This document shows positions 25,901-39,204 of a stretch of DNA of 64,000 nucleotides, piece by piece. The notes below the pieces were generated by a model. That model ran no database searches and was not told the origin of the DNA. It saw only the letters and a program-made list of their open reading frames with translations. Source of the stretch: Octopus vulgaris (Eukaryota); NCBI GenBank assembly GCA_951406725.2, contig OX597817.1, forward strand, positions 39,122,001 through 39,186,000, given 5' to 3'. The translations under genes and the position numbers were made by a program. Numbering within the stretch: the stretch's first letter is position 1; each line of letters begins with the position of its first letter.

Positions 25901-26547
25901 GACTATATTTGATGGGGAAACATTTTTGTTTTAATTTGCTAATTTTTGTTTCTTTTAGTAATATTTGGCCAAATATTTTTACCAACTATGTTAAAGAATT
26001 GGAAGTAGGGTGCATATTTACTGTAGCCCTAGCCCTACTGCTTCTTTCCCCCCACCCTGCTCTTTCTTTGTTTCTTCATTCCTCTGTTGAACGAATCATT
26101 TATTCCAAAATAGTTTGTTTTCATCAGTATATTTATAGTTACTGAGGAAATCATGCCAGCTAATAAACACTTTGTCCAAACAAGATAAAAGATCTACAAA
26201 AGTTTGTTTCATAGTTTAACAGTTGCTGTATGATGAATATAAATTACAGACTGATTACAGCATACATCTACAGGATTGCACTGACTTGTATTAAAATTTG
26301 CTGAGCAACTTTTATGTTGCTTTTGTATTCCCACTTCACAGCTGAATAGTTAGGAAGAGTAATCAGCTGTAAAATATTTACTTTGACAATTTATACACAC
26401 TTGTGTTACAAAAAAGCCAAATGTTGCTCATGTTTATAACAAAGTTTATTTAGAAAAGTTGGCCTGTTTCATTCATGAATATTTGGCAAGAAAGTGTAGT
26501 GGCAGATGTACGATTTGTGTGGAAACTTTTAAGACCTATCTGCTTAC

Positions 26548-26983
26548 ATGGTTCTTGGTCTCAAGAATTTGTCTTATGAAGAAAGGCTGGAGAAGCTCGA
26601 CCGTTATTCTCTAGAAAAACGCCGACACCGTGGAGATCTCATTCTTGCTCACAACATCATAAGCAGAAAGTGTAACCTCTCGAAAGAGCTGTTCTTCACT
26701 CCTGCTCCAGTGCGTTGGCTGCGGGGTCATTCCGAAAAGCTCTATCTGCGACAATTTCATCTCAATCGAAGGAGAGGGGCTTTCTCCGTCCAGGTTGTGG
26801 ATCCGTGGAATAAGCTGCCAGACGAGATGGTGAAGATGCCGACGACCGCTCGGTTCAAAGTCTCCCTTGACCTCAAGTGGCCTGAACTCTTTACATGAAC
26901 ACCACCCTGTACATAACTCCATGTCCCCCTACATGGCCTTGCTTTTGGCTTTTTGAGCCAAAAAATTAACTAACTAACTAACT
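26548..26983 (+). mobile_element. 5'-truncated CR1/L2-group LINE 3' end (RT C-terminus + 3' UTR + (TAAC)n tail)
   Basis: ORF LSYEERLEKL..SLEKRRHRGDLI...RGHS.KL...FSVQVVDPWNKLP is typical of CR1-like ORF2 ends. Confidence 0.85.
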
Positions 26984-27074
26984 ACATAGAAAGCAAAGGG
27001 AGAATCTTTGAATTAATAGGTTTCAATCTTTTTGACTTTGTGGTGAACTGGAGACAAAAGAAAACAAAAAATTA

Positions 27075-27245
27075 GGGGTAGGAGTGGCTGTGTGGTAAAT
27101 AGCGTGCTTACGAACCACATGGTTCTGGGTTCAGTCCCACTGCATGGCACCTTGGGCAAGTGTCTTCTACTATAGCCTCGGGCCAGCCAAAGCCTTGTGA
27201 GTGGATTTGGTAGACGGAAACTGAAAGAAGCCTGTTGTATATATA

Positions 27246-27296
<51 letters not shown>

Positions 27297-27611
27297 ATAT
27301 ATATATATGTGTGTGTGTGTATATATATATATGTGTGTGTGTGTGTATATATATATATGTGTGTGTGTATATATATATGTGTGTGTGTATATATATATGT
27401 GTGTGTGTATATATATATATGTGTGTGTGTGTATATATATATGTGTGTGTGTATATATATATGTGTGTGTGTGTGTGTATATATATATGTGTGTGTGTGT
27501 GTATATATATGTGTGTGTGTGTATATATATATGTGTGTGTGTGTATATATATGTGTGTGTATATATGTGTGTGTGTGTATATATATGTGTGTGTGTGTGT
27601 GTATATATGTA

Positions 27612-27642
<31 letters not shown>

Positions 27643-27897
27643 GTGTGTATATATATGTGTGTGTGTGTATATATATACATGTGTGTGTGTATGTTTGTGT
27701 GTCTGTGTTTGTCCCCCCAACATTGCTTGACAACTGATGCTGGTGTGTTTACGTCCCCATAACTTAGTGGTTCGGCAAAAGTCCCGATAGAATAAGTACT
27801 AGGCTTACAAAGAATAAGTCCTGGGGTCGATTTGCTCAACTAAAGGCGGTGCTCCAGCATGGCCACAGTCAAATGACTGAAACAAGTAAAAGAGAGT
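27075..27897 (+). mobile_element. SINE with a greatly expanded internal (TA)n(TG)n compound microsatellite (about 27236-27700)
   Basis: Same head and tail as 12936-13339; internal tract about 460 bp. Confidence 0.9.
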
Positions 27898-28047
27898 AAT
27901 AGAATAAGTAACAAACTTAAAAAGAATAAGTACTGTGAATAATTAGTTAAAATAACTCTTCAAAGCAGTGCCCCAGCATGGCCACAAGAGTAGTTGAATA
28001 TGCACTGTAAACTAATGAAACGCTTGTTGATTTTATAATAGTCTCAC

Positions 28048-28141
28048 TATTTACTGCAGTGGCATTTTTTCCTCTCTGTCCTGTATTACTTGGTTGACTT
28101 GCATCACAGGTACAAGATAGTGCCAGTGTCATGATGGGAAC
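28048..28141 (-). CDS. Candidate nested-gene exon (VPIMTLALSCTCDASQPSNTGQRGKNATAVN)
   Basis: tatttaacAG acceptor; GTGAGA donor, with an alternative GTAAAT 7 nt earlier. Only phase 0 is open; phase 1 out. Confidence 0.35.
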
Positions 28142-28810
28142 CTGTTAAATATTTGGTTAGTATTAAATATTTAGTACCATCTGAGTTCTCATTTAGTTAG
28201 AGTATTTAGTAACTGAAGTGGTATGAACTTGGGTAAAGTTTATGTATCGGTAACAATTAATTGACCTTCCACATACTTAGATATGCCTCTACATGGATGT
28301 GTGTGTATATATGAACATGTCTGTTATGGATGTATGTGCATGATTGTGCTTGTATATAATCTCTTTCACAACTAGTAGCTAAATATTTTGTTTAGTCTAA
28401 ATTACAAATATTCAACTGTTGTCTTTATACTTCAATAACTTTTCTTGCTATGGTTATTTGCCTCCCACTTCTATTTACATGTCTCCCTTTCTATCTTCTC
28501 TTTATTTGAACTCTTCACCTTTTATTTTGCTTTGTTTGAGTATATGACCCTTTTTACTTCCCCTCTGTAATCTTTGGTTTCTTCCATTTTGTTCACCTCA
28601 CATTCTAGACTTTTGATCCTCTCACCCCAGCACCACCAGTATATCTCTCTCTCTCTCTCTTTCTCTCTGCTTCCCCCAGTTCACCCCTCAAATCATTCCC
28701 TTATATTGTTCCTTCAATCTGCTCCTTTGACCATAACCACAGCACTCTCATGTTGAGTGCAAAGCTTGGAAACATTAGCTTATGCGCTGTCCCAAAGCAG
28801 TAAAACTTAC

Positions 28811-28847
28811 CAAATTCTCCTTGGAACTTTCCACATATATACTGCAG
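28811..28847 (-). other. Candidate 37-nt minus-strand exon (coding or 5' UTR)
   Basis: ttcatttttacAG acceptor and TTG|GTAAGT donor, both near consensus. Open in all three frames. Confidence 0.45.
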
Positions 28848-29404
28848 CTGTAAAAATGAATTTAGTCAATAGAACTAAAATATAACAATTTTTTTTTTAT
28901 TTAAAATTTTTTTTTTATTTTTAAGATCCCATTTGTTTCTGCAATGGGTTTATGTAAATTACTATATTTACTTATCACATCTTGAAGCAAGTATTTCTTT
29001 TGTCCTGTGTTATTGTTTTAACCACTTAAGTATGGAGTAGGAGAAACAGAAGTTTTCAGCTGAATAATATCTTGATTAAAATCACACCAGCATGTCTATA
29101 GCAAGTGTTAACCTTTCAGGTTCATAGTTTAATAATCCTGTACAGTTAGCTTTACTACTTCTGTGCCATTATAGCTTTGGTTACTTTATGGGGTGAGGGT
29201 GGTGACACAAGCCATTTTTACAGCATTAGAAAAAGCTGTAGTATATTGTGATGTTCAAGGATCATTGATTCTGATTACAATTACTATGTGATTTTTATGA
29301 TTCAGTTGATATTAAGTAATCAACATGTGTATATTTTCTGATGTTTTGCTGGAAGGAGATGGCCTGGAAAGGAGAGCATTGGCATTTTGGTTTTCCATTT
29401 GCAA

Positions 29405-29580
29405 GGAGAGAAAGGGGAGAGGGGGAGCAAGCACATGAGGGGGAGAGAGTGAGAGAGAGTGAGCAAAGGAGGAAAAGAGAGAGAGAGAGAGCAAGAGAGG
29501 GGGAAAGAAAGAGAGAGAGCAAGCGAGGAGGAGAGTGAGTGAAAGGGAAGAGAAAGAGAGTGAGTGAGGGAGGGAGAGAT
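29405..29580. repeat. GA-rich purine tract
   Basis: Direct reading. Lies just upstream, on the minus strand, of the candidate exons at 28-29 kb. Confidence 0.7.
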
Positions 29581-32500
29581 GTATGCGTATGCTTCACCAG
29601 ATCTGGGATTAATATCTAAAAGCATTGTCATGTAATTTTCGTGTTTTTTTATGCCAGTTTGTTTTGTGGTTTTACTCAGATCCTTCCTCCTCCTCTTCTT
29701 ATGTCAGTTTTTATATGCTGACATTGATTGGACAAGTCTCACAGCATTTTGTCACAGCCCATAACTCTCTCTCTCTCTCACACACACACACCAACTGAGC
29801 AAAAAGTGGCCAAAAGTGTGTCTGTGTATTTCATGTTCGCAAAGAAGTGGTGCATAGTACCAGAATTTTCAACTTGAGTCAACTATAAAAAACTACTCCA
29901 AATTGTTATTAGAGTATCTACATAAGCATCTGGACTGGTTAGTTTGTACTGACGTAAAGTCATATCAGTTGTAATAAGGCAGTTCAGCCAAATTGTGGTA
30001 TTTGGAAATCATTTAGTATGCACATTTCAGGTCTGTGTAATATATAATAGGAAGTGCAGCCATTATGTAAGACCTTCCTCAGTTCAGACACTTTAACTTG
30101 GAATGTATATATTAAAGGATTTCAAAATATTACTATTTAGTTTGACTTCATTATTACAACTTATATATCTTACAGCATGAATTGGGTGTATTTTATTCAT
30201 CATCATTGTTTAATGTCTTAGCACGGGTTGGACGGTTTGACCGGGGTCTGGGAAGCCAGGAAGCTGCATCAGGCTCTAGTCTGATCTGGCAGTGTTTCTA
30301 CAGCTGGATGCCCTTCCTAACGCCAACCACTCCTTGAGTGTAGTGGGTGCTTTTTACGTGTCACCGGCACAGGTGCCAAGGGAGGCTGGAAGTGGCCACG
30401 ATTGGTTGGTGCTTTTTACGTGCCACCGGCACAGAAGCCAGTGTCAGAATTCTGCTACAGACAACCTCTGTATCAGTTTAATTAAAATTTTTCTTCAGGT
30501 TTGGTCTTAGTTTCACAGCCAGCTGCTCTTATTTAGAAGTTACCTCCATCCTTTGAAGGCTATGTTTGCAATATCTTTACGGAAAGTCTGAGTTCAAGAG
30601 CTAAAGATTTGCAAGAGATAAAAGGTCACCTTTGCTATTTAATGCACCAACCAATGTCTATGATGTAAATAGATTGTTGGTGGGAAGGTAATTCATCACC
30701 AAGGCATTTGTTTTAGACACATGATGGGGGTTTATAAGTTACCAAGACCTAGCTTAGACAAATGGAGGCTGGGTAATTACACCAACTGCTAAGCTCTACA
30801 GGTTAGGTCAGTGCTTTATTGATTCCTAACAGTTGAATAAAAGAGGACAGCAGGTCTCATGGTCTGAGGCAAATGAATATAGGGTGGGAGTAATCTGAGG
30901 GAGATAATCTGTATTGAGGCTGTTTGCATGGTATTAGCAGTAGAGACAATTTAACTGATATAAGCTTTAAAAAAAAGGAGAATTTATCTTTATCTCACTC
31001 AGCAAAATGCTTTCATACTTTTTCTTTTTAAATACATTATATTTCAAAGGCACATTTATGTATTTCTTTAAAAACTTTTTTGTGTTTCTTTACACAATTA
31101 TTTATTGAAATGATAAATGGAAATTGGATATTCTTGTCAGGTTCAAGGGTTAGGGATTCTTCTATTAATAATAATACACTAGTGTCTCTCCCTGTTGGAA
31201 GCTGCTATTAACTTTTCTATCTTAATACTGTGTCTTTTCCCATCTTAATACAAGCTGTTGAAACTTGAACTTGGTAATTTGATTTCATTTGCATTAATGT
31301 GTGTGATTTATATCATTTCTTATATACTAGAGTAAGTTTATGAAAATTCTTAGATCTTTGAACTCTGTTGCATTAGGTCTCTCTAATGGTCTCTATATAG
31401 TATTTGTGCCTATTCCCCCACCTTCAAATGAAGTCATTATTTTCTCTTAAATTGAAAGTTCAAATGGGAACAAGGGGGAGAGATAGAGAGAATGTGTGTG
31501 TGTGTGATTAGAAGATAGCAAAGAGAGAAAGAGGGTATGTTCAAATAGAGACAGTGGAGAGAGAGGGGGGGTTCACATGGAGATAGAAAGAAGAGGAAGT
31601 TGATCTTTTAAAGTTCTATAATTCAAACCAGAGAAGCTGCTTAACCCTATTAAAAGCTGATGTTTAACAATAAAGAAATTTATCAAAACCAGACTTCAAT
31701 ATTCACATTTGCTTTTTATTGTCTTATAAGTATGAAACATGATACAGCTGATGTGGATTATGGCCTTGACACTTAAGTTGTTTCCTTAGAAATGCTGCAG
31801 AGAACAATGGTGATAAGATTTTTATAGTCAGAAATAATATTAAGAAAATGCTAAACAATATCTGTAGGAAATCTTGTTGTTTCTATGCCAACATGGCTTT
31901 ATGGTTAAGAGTTCACTTTGCAACCACATGCTTTTAGTTTTGATCCCAGTGTGCGACATCTTGAATAAGTATCTGCTGTGCTGCCTTAGTTTTGTGTTGA
32001 CGAATAGTAAATGAGTGGAATTTGGTAACTTCATGTATGTGGCGTATGTGACATATGTATATATGCATGTATGTACTCTTTTACTTGTTTTAGTTGTTTC
32101 TCTGTAGCCATGCTGGAGCACCACCTTTTAGTTGAATGAATCGACCCCAGGACTTATTCTTATTAAACTTAATACTTATTCTATTGATCCCTTTTGCCAA
32201 ATCGTTAAGTTTCATGGACATAAACACACCAAAGCGATGGTGGAGGGACACAGCCACACAGACATATATATATATATATACATACGACAAGCTTCTTTCA
32301 GTTTCTGTCTGCCAAATGCACACACAAGGCTTTGGTCAGCCCAAAGCTATAGTAGAAGACACTTGCCCAAGGTGCCATGCAGTGGAACTGAACCTGGAAC
32401 CATGTGGTTGAGAAGCAAGCTTCTTAGCACATAGCCACAACTGCACCTGTACAAATGGGTGGATAAACAGAACCTCATTATATATAAATGTATGTGTGGA

Positions 32501-32901
32501 TAGACAGACAGATGGTTGGACATATAATAGGTGCAGGCAAAGCTGTATGGCTAAGAAGCTTGCTTCCCAACCACACAGTCTTGGGTTTAGTTCCACTGCA
32601 TGGCATTTTGGGCAAGTGTCTTCTATAGCCTTGGGCTGACCAAAACCTTGTGAGTGGAATTGGTAGATGGAAACTGAAAGAAGCCCATTGTGTGTATATA
32701 TATCTTAGGTCCTGATAGGGTATAAAGGTAGGGTGTTTCCAAAGAAGCACTCAACCTGAGTTCTGGGCTATCAACACAGTGGGTTTCAGGCCAATGCTGA
32801 AATTCTTCAAATGTTGAAAAGCCAGGTTTCATGACGGTAACACCATTGTGTGGGTTTGGCAAACAGTAAATTGTAAGCCAAATAGTAAGACAAACTTTTA
32901 A

Positions 32902-33169
32902 ACGCACCTTCAATGATTTGTTACAATTGTTTCTCTACCAACTCAGCTTGCAACACTAGTTTATGCAAAAATTCAAAGTGAAAATTTATGTCCTGTTTGC
33001 AGTTTTAGACATTAGAGTGGCACTTCACCAGACTTGCATCAAAGGTGTACCTTTATAATGTCTAAAACTGCAAACATTACATAAATTTTCACTTCAGATC
33101 TTTGTGTAAACTGGCATTGCAAGCCAAGTTAGTGCAGAAACAATTGTAATGAATCATTAAAGATGTGTT
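32902..33169. mobile_element. Foldback/MITE-like imperfect palindrome (~120-bp arms)
   Basis: gtgaaaatttatgt..tgtttgcagttttagacatta pairs with taatgtctaaaactgcaaaca..acataaattttcac; the outer arms also pair. Confidence 0.7.
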
Positions 33170-33172
33170 AAA

Positions 33173-33219
<47 letters not shown>

Positions 33220-33844
33220 TATGTAGGTGGCTCCAAAAGGGGTCTCAGGGAGTAGTGTTCCTGCCTTCCTGAGCTAGTTTTCTATCACATTTCTTAAAAA
33301 TCGTGGTAGAGGCCTTGGTCTTGTGTGATCACTCATGTCTAGAAGTTGGGGGTAAGCAAGGGCATGCTCCCCATACAAAATCCAGCTCCAAAAAAGTCTC
33401 ATGATAGCAAAGAAAAATGGGCACCAGCCAGCCCAAAGGTTGGGGTGGGCCGCACCTGCCTACCTCAGTTGCTATAGCATTGAGGTGGATCTGGCCACTC
33501 CCATTGACGAGGACAAAACCCGGATTTAAAACACTGGATGATGATGAAGATTATGATATATATATTTGTGTTTGTGCCCTTGTCTTGGCATCATGTGATT
33601 ATTGACATTTGTTTCCAGTCATACATGAAAAACATGGCTGGCAAATGTTTTCTTGCTTGGACTAGTTGAAGATTGGCTACAGAAAGGGTATCCAGCTGTA
33701 GAAAATCTGCCTCAACAAATTCCATCTGACCCATGCCAGTACAAACAGTGAACACTAAGATGATGGTGATGATAATGATGTAGGCTTTTGACATCTTTTT
33801 ATCCCAATCGGAAAATATCTTTGTCTTGACAAGTAACCATTCTT

Positions 33845-34210
33845 TATTACCTCCGCCTTTGTGAAGGCGGATGTATTGTTTCCAGTTGTGTCTTTTTGTT
33901 TGTCCATGGACAAGATATTTTAAGAAGCGCTGGATGGATTCGGATGAAACTTTCTAGGATGTTTGGCCTCATGACTGGCACAAACTGATTACATTTTGGG
34001 ATCAATCCGGTACCAGACAAGGATTCTGGATTATTTTTTTCTGTTTTTTTTTTACTCAATTTTTGAGAACAGTCAGGTTCATTTTTAGTCTTCTTGTTTG
34101 TGAGAGCAGTCAAGTTTATTTCAGATATTCTCATTTTAAAAATCCTTTCTGGCTAATCATCGAAAGGACATTGATACTACCTTGGCGGAGGTTTGCACTC
34201 TCTGGGTGCT
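33845..34210 (+). mobile_element. Non-autonomous Helentron-type (HINE/DINE-1-like) element
   Basis: 5' acctccgcc with adjacent inverted ggcgga, distal ggcggaggt subterminal inverted repeat, then a 3' hairpin gcactc..gggtgc. Confidence 0.6.
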
Positions 34211-35583
34211 GTTGTTGACTTTGCTATTAGAATTAACTCAGTCATTTTGTCGTTAAACACTCTTGGTATTTGTGTAATTTCCAGGAAAAAAGTGTCTGAC
34301 ATGCAACATTCCACTTAAGATTTGCAACTAGATAGATCAGATGTTCTCATCTGATAGTACCAGAAATCATTGTTTCAGTGTAATAATGTGACTAGTTTTA
34401 AAATCCCCGCCCCACTTACATTTCTCTGTCATAAATGGAGAATTTGGTTGACCATGTTCATTTTGACAATGTATTCAAGAAACTGAGTGAATGGGTAATT
34501 TCCTAGACAACTTGAAATTTAAAGGTGGGGTTCCACTTCTGATAGAGAAAGTAACATCAATCTCATAGAAAAAATGAAGTCAAGTGGCTTTATTTGGGAT
34601 AATCTTCAGCAGAATTGGAAGAGTGTCAGACAGAATGCTTTGTAATGTTTAGTTACTTTATGTTCAAATATTTGAGTTTAAATACTGCCAGGGTTTTTGA
34701 CTTTGCTTTCCACATTTACAAAGGGCAATATAATTGACTGCACATACATGCATGTGCACATACATGTGTGCGCACGTGCACACACATACACACACAGAGT
34801 GTATGTGGGTGTTTATGTTTGTGCCTCCTTGTCGTGACATGGTGTAATAGTTGTATACGAGTGTCACTGTCATACAAGCAGTCTTTCATTTCCAATATTT
34901 TGAGAAAGCACATCTTACCATGGGGAAATGTTACCTTGCTTGGAAACAGGTGAGAGTTGGTGACAGGAAGGGCATCCAGCCATAGAAAATTTGCCTCAAT
35001 GAACTCTGGCTGACCCAGGCAACCATGGAAAAAAAATGTACATTAAAACAATGATGATGATTGTTGTTGTAAGGTGTGGTATTAAAAGCCTTGCTGGGTT
35101 TAGTTACATTTCTTTAGTTTCTAAGTTCAAATCCTTCTGATGTTAGCTTTGCTTTTTGCCTGTTTGAGGTGAATAAAATACATAACATTCAACTGATGCA
35201 CCCTTTTTTTTTGCCAAACTGTTTAGTCCTAGACCTTAAATAAAACTCATTTGCATCACCAGTATCTTAAAATACTTTATAGAATTTAGTTCTCTTTCCA
35301 CAGTCTGAGTTCAAATCACATCCTTTTCATTCCTCTAGAATTACAGAAAAAAAAAATGTTATATACTGGGATCAATTCATTTGACTGTACTACCCACCTC
35401 TTGGTTGGTTTACCAATATATAAAATTATTATCATTGCACTAGGATGTTGGACTTAAATCTCAGAAGAATGTAACTTTGTCTTCTGATTCTTTAAGATCA
35501 TATTTGGGTTAATTTTGATTCTCGTCTTTCTGGAGGTAATTCATAGGTGGCTTTGTGTCCATGCAAGAAACTGCTTTTATTAA

Positions 35584-35816
35584 GGCGGTGAGCTGGCAGA
35601 AATGTTAGCATGCCGGGCGAAATGCTTAGCAGTATTTTGTCTACTGCTACGTTCTGAGTTCAAATTCTGCCGAGGTCGACTTTGCCTTTCATCCTTTCAG
35701 GGTCAATTAAATAAGTACCAGTTACGCACTGGGGTCGATATAATCGACTTAATCTGTTTGTCTGTCCTTATTTGTCCCCTCTGTGTGTAGCCCCTTGTGG
35801 GGAGTAAAGACATAAG
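35584..35816 (+). mobile_element. SINE, same family as 4631-4962
   Basis: Sequence match; flanked by aagaaactgct TSD. Confidence 0.85.
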
Positions 35817-36622
35817 AAACTGCTATTATATATATAGTGGTAAGTTCTTTGTGGAGTATCTGTAACTTTATCTCTCAATCCTTATAACAGCTTCACGTAT
35901 TGCTGATGTTGCTTTCTGGAAAAGAGTGATTTCATATATTACTATTGTTTTTACCTTCTTTAAAAATATTCAGCTTCTCATGTTGACATTTAATGTAAAT
36001 TAATTACTGCACTAATTGATTTAGCCTTTCCTCCACTTATCATCATCATCCTTGTTGTTGTCATCATTGTCTTTGTCATTATCTTTGTTGCCAGCATCAT
36101 TATCATCATCATGAATGTTATATCAGTGCCATCACTAAACAGCATCAATTTTTCTGTGTTCACATGGGTTGGAGGGACCTGCAAATGCATCAACTTGTCT
36201 GTGAAGCCTAACAAGTTGAGATCTGACTAGCTGTGTTTCACAATCTTCTTCTGTCACACACAGACACCTGTTGTTAGTACATGACACTTTTCCACCCACC
36301 ACTTATTTGCCTGTTCACATCATGTCAATACAAGCAGAGTCAAATCATTTTTGTTCTGCTTGTACCCTGATAATTTTAATGCCCATTCTTTTTCACACCT
36401 TACTTCTACTTTGTCTTTCATGCAAATTAATATTACACACTTAATGAATCATATCTGACTCATTTCTTTCCAGTTTCTGCACATCTTCTGCACTCTGTGA
36501 CCATGTCTCACTACCATGTCACATTACACTTTTTTACACATCTCTTATTATCTTTCAGAAACTCCTTGTTTAGTCCTAGGTTAACCCTGGTCAAACAAAC
36601 AGATCAAAGGCTTGTTATGTCT

Positions 36623-36658
<36 letters not shown>

Positions 36659-36904
36659 AGACCTCATTGTTCAATGTGCTCTAGCTCACTCATTGTTGGT
36701 AATGGAGGGAACAGGTTTCTGCACCACTTTCATTGTTTACCTTGTATACTATACCTCTACCACAACCACCTGTAAACACTAATTAGGTCACCTAGGCAAC
36801 AGAAGCTACAGGCTGCTTGTGGACTCCTTCAAGTCATCATAGCTGCTCCTACTGCTAACTGTTCTTGTCCAACTGTCACATCTCAAGTATTGGCTCTCTA
36901 TCAG

Positions 36905-36990
36905 TTGTAACCATTGTTTGCACTGTGTACACAGTATCAAATTAACATCAACTCCCCTCTTACATATTGACCAAGGCCACCTTCATGATG
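36905..36990 (-). mobile_element. Decayed RTE-type LINE fragment with a Cys-rich (PHD-like) insert
   Basis: Translates RWPWSICKRGVDVNLILCTQCKQWLQ, resembling the recalled WPCxxCxKGVGxNSIxCTxCxxWxH motif of some RTE ORFs. Confidence 0.55.
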
Positions 36991-37537
36991 ACACTGCCTA
37001 TATTGATTATATTAATGGTATCCCATTGCAAGGCTTTACAAGTTTAGCTTTCTTTTTAGTGAACAGAATCTTCTTTTTCTTTCTTCACCTCTTCTGCCTT
37101 TTTTTTTCTCCTCACCTTAGTTCTGTGCTTCTTCTAAGACTTCTTCATTGGTTCACTGATACATAAAAGAATGTTGTCGCTACAGATTAGTTATCAATTC
37201 AAATATTATTAAAGAGATGTAGCCAGAAACCTCTGACATGAGGTTAGTCAGTCTGAACTATAAGTTGTATATTATATGTAACTCTAATTTCCTAGGTTAG
37301 CCATATCCTATTGAACCATCCAGTGATTGCCAGCATGGAATACAACATTCAATGTTGTTGCAGCTGATGAAAATATGTGTGTGTTGGGGGAGGGGGGAGT
37401 GGATTTAAGACAATAGATGAATAAAAAAAAAAAGCTTGACCAAAAAGATGGAATGATAATTTTCTGAACAGAAACTTAAACCAACTGAAAAATGATGGAA
37501 TTTTCTGAGAAAAATGAAATGTATTCAGTAATCTCAC

Positions 37538-37600
37538 TTCTGGTCTGGTTTGACTTAAATTCCTCCCTTGCTCCATTAATGGCATATATCTGGGGCTTTG
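37538..37600 (-). CDS. Candidate nested-gene exon (QSPRYMPLMEQGRNLSQTRPE)
   Basis: cttcttgtgtacAG acceptor, GTGAGA donor, 63 nt, phase 0 to 0, open. Confidence 0.45.
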
Positions 37601-39112
37601 CTGTACACAAGAAGATATGTTTTCCAAAGCAGAATTGTTAATGCCACTCCCCCTTTGCTGAAGGAGATTGGCCTGCAAGAGTCCTGTACTGGTGCCACAT
37701 AAAGGCATCCCTGCTGATGTCACATAGAAAACACCCAGTGCACTCTGTAAAATGGTTGGCATTAGAAAGGGGTATCCAGCTGTAGAAATCAAGCCAAATA
37801 ACTCTGGAACCTGGTTCAGATCTCCTGCTTGCCAGTTCTGATCAAACAGTTCAACCCATGCCAGCATGGAAAAGAGATGTTAAGTGATGATAGTGATGAT
37901 TTCAGTAAAGTACATTTATAAGTGAATTACCAAATGATGGTTTGTATGTAGTGAACAGAGTTTTATTTATGATGCTTATCAGTCAGCCTTCTGATTGATA
38001 AGACACTGTTTTTATCTTCTCCTTTACTTTTAGTCTGACTGGACACAGAAAGTGGAGAATTCTCTTATATTTGACATAGTTTTAAAGATAACCAAATAAA
38101 TAATGTGTGTGTAATTGTAGTAGCAGTTTAAAAAAAAAATTGTGATTCTCTTTCGCTATGAAAGTAGTGTTGTGTCAAATGGTTTTACTGAAATACTAAT
38201 TTTCTCTTGTTTAAAATCTGTGTTTTGACCCTCATATCAAATGGAAGTAGGATAATTTCTTGTGGTTATAAGAAGCACTATTACTGGTATATGTATATTT
38301 GCATACATACAGGTATGGGTAAGAAGTTTTCTTTCCAACAACATGGTTCCAGGTTCAGTCCCACTGTGTGTGGCACTTAGGGCAAGTGGTTTCTACTATA
38401 TCCTGGTGGCAGACTGACGAAAGACTTGTAAGTGGAATTTGTAGATAAAAAATTAGACACCCATCGTGTGTGTGTGTGGAGAAAATCAACTTCATAAATC
38501 CTCTTTCTATCCAAGCTACAACCTATCAGTCCCCTGTAGCATTTGGTTAACCCTCAGTCAGAGTATTTGGTCTGTGACCATCCCTTCTTATTTTCAGACA
38601 ATGTATCCAATAAATCTTTCATTTTTCAACGTATAGGTAAGCTGTAGTTTGAGGGGAAATTGGTTGCTTTTTCTATCGTATTGAACATGCCCATTGATCC
38701 ATGGAATATTGCTGAAAATATTTGCTCCATTATAGCACAGGTATGGCTGTGTAATTGAGAAGCTGACTTTGCAGTCACATGGTTTCAGGTTCAGTCCCAC
38801 TGTGTGGAACCTTGGGCATCTTCTACTATAACCTTGAGTTAACCAATGTCTTATGAGTGAATTTGCTTGATGGAAATTGTGTGGAAGCCTACAGTAAGTG
38901 TGCATGTGCATTTTCTGTTTGTCTCCACCACCATTTGACAACCAGTGATGGTTTGCTTATGTCCCAGTAATTTAGCAGTTTGGCAAAAGAGATTTGTAGA
39001 ATAAGTACCAGACTTACTGGAGTTTTGTTTAAGTAAACCCTTCAAGGCAGGGTCCCAGTGTAGCTGTGACTGCAGTGACTGAAACAAGTCGAAGATAAGA
39101 TATGGAATTCAC

Positions 39113-39204
39113 TTGTGATATATGGTATGGCACAGATTCTTCAGTTGCTCTTATCTTTGACTGCATCTTAGTGTCCAACAATCTGCTTGTTCGTTCAACT
39201 GTTT
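39113..39204 (-). CDS. Candidate nested-gene exon (ETVERTSRLLDTKMQSKIRATEESVPYHISQ)
   Basis: Strong poly-T-ctacAG acceptor and weaker GTGAAT donor. 92 nt, open when read phase 1 to 0, matching the upstream exon. Confidence 0.5.

Noticed and set aside
26225-26290. C/D-box snoRNA-like motif (ATGATGA...CTGA...CTGA)
   Set aside because: Very short, no C' box, no convincing terminal stem at the distal D box, and no long rRNA-complementary guide that I could recognise.
27013-27839. His/Thr/Tyr/Ile- and Cys/Val-rich ORFs
   Set aside because: Translations of a (TA)n(TG)n microsatellite inside a SINE. The same applies to 55165-55636 and 56252-56773.
37116-37155. Minus-strand exon-like segment with good splice sites
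   Set aside because: Stops in all three frames and adjacent to decayed LINE sequence; cannot be supported as coding.
38598-38636. + strand exon-like segment (ttttcAG...AG|GTAAGC)
   Set aside because: Lies in a degenerate copy of a dispersed repeat found many times in the window, and SCFD1 needs no extra exon here.
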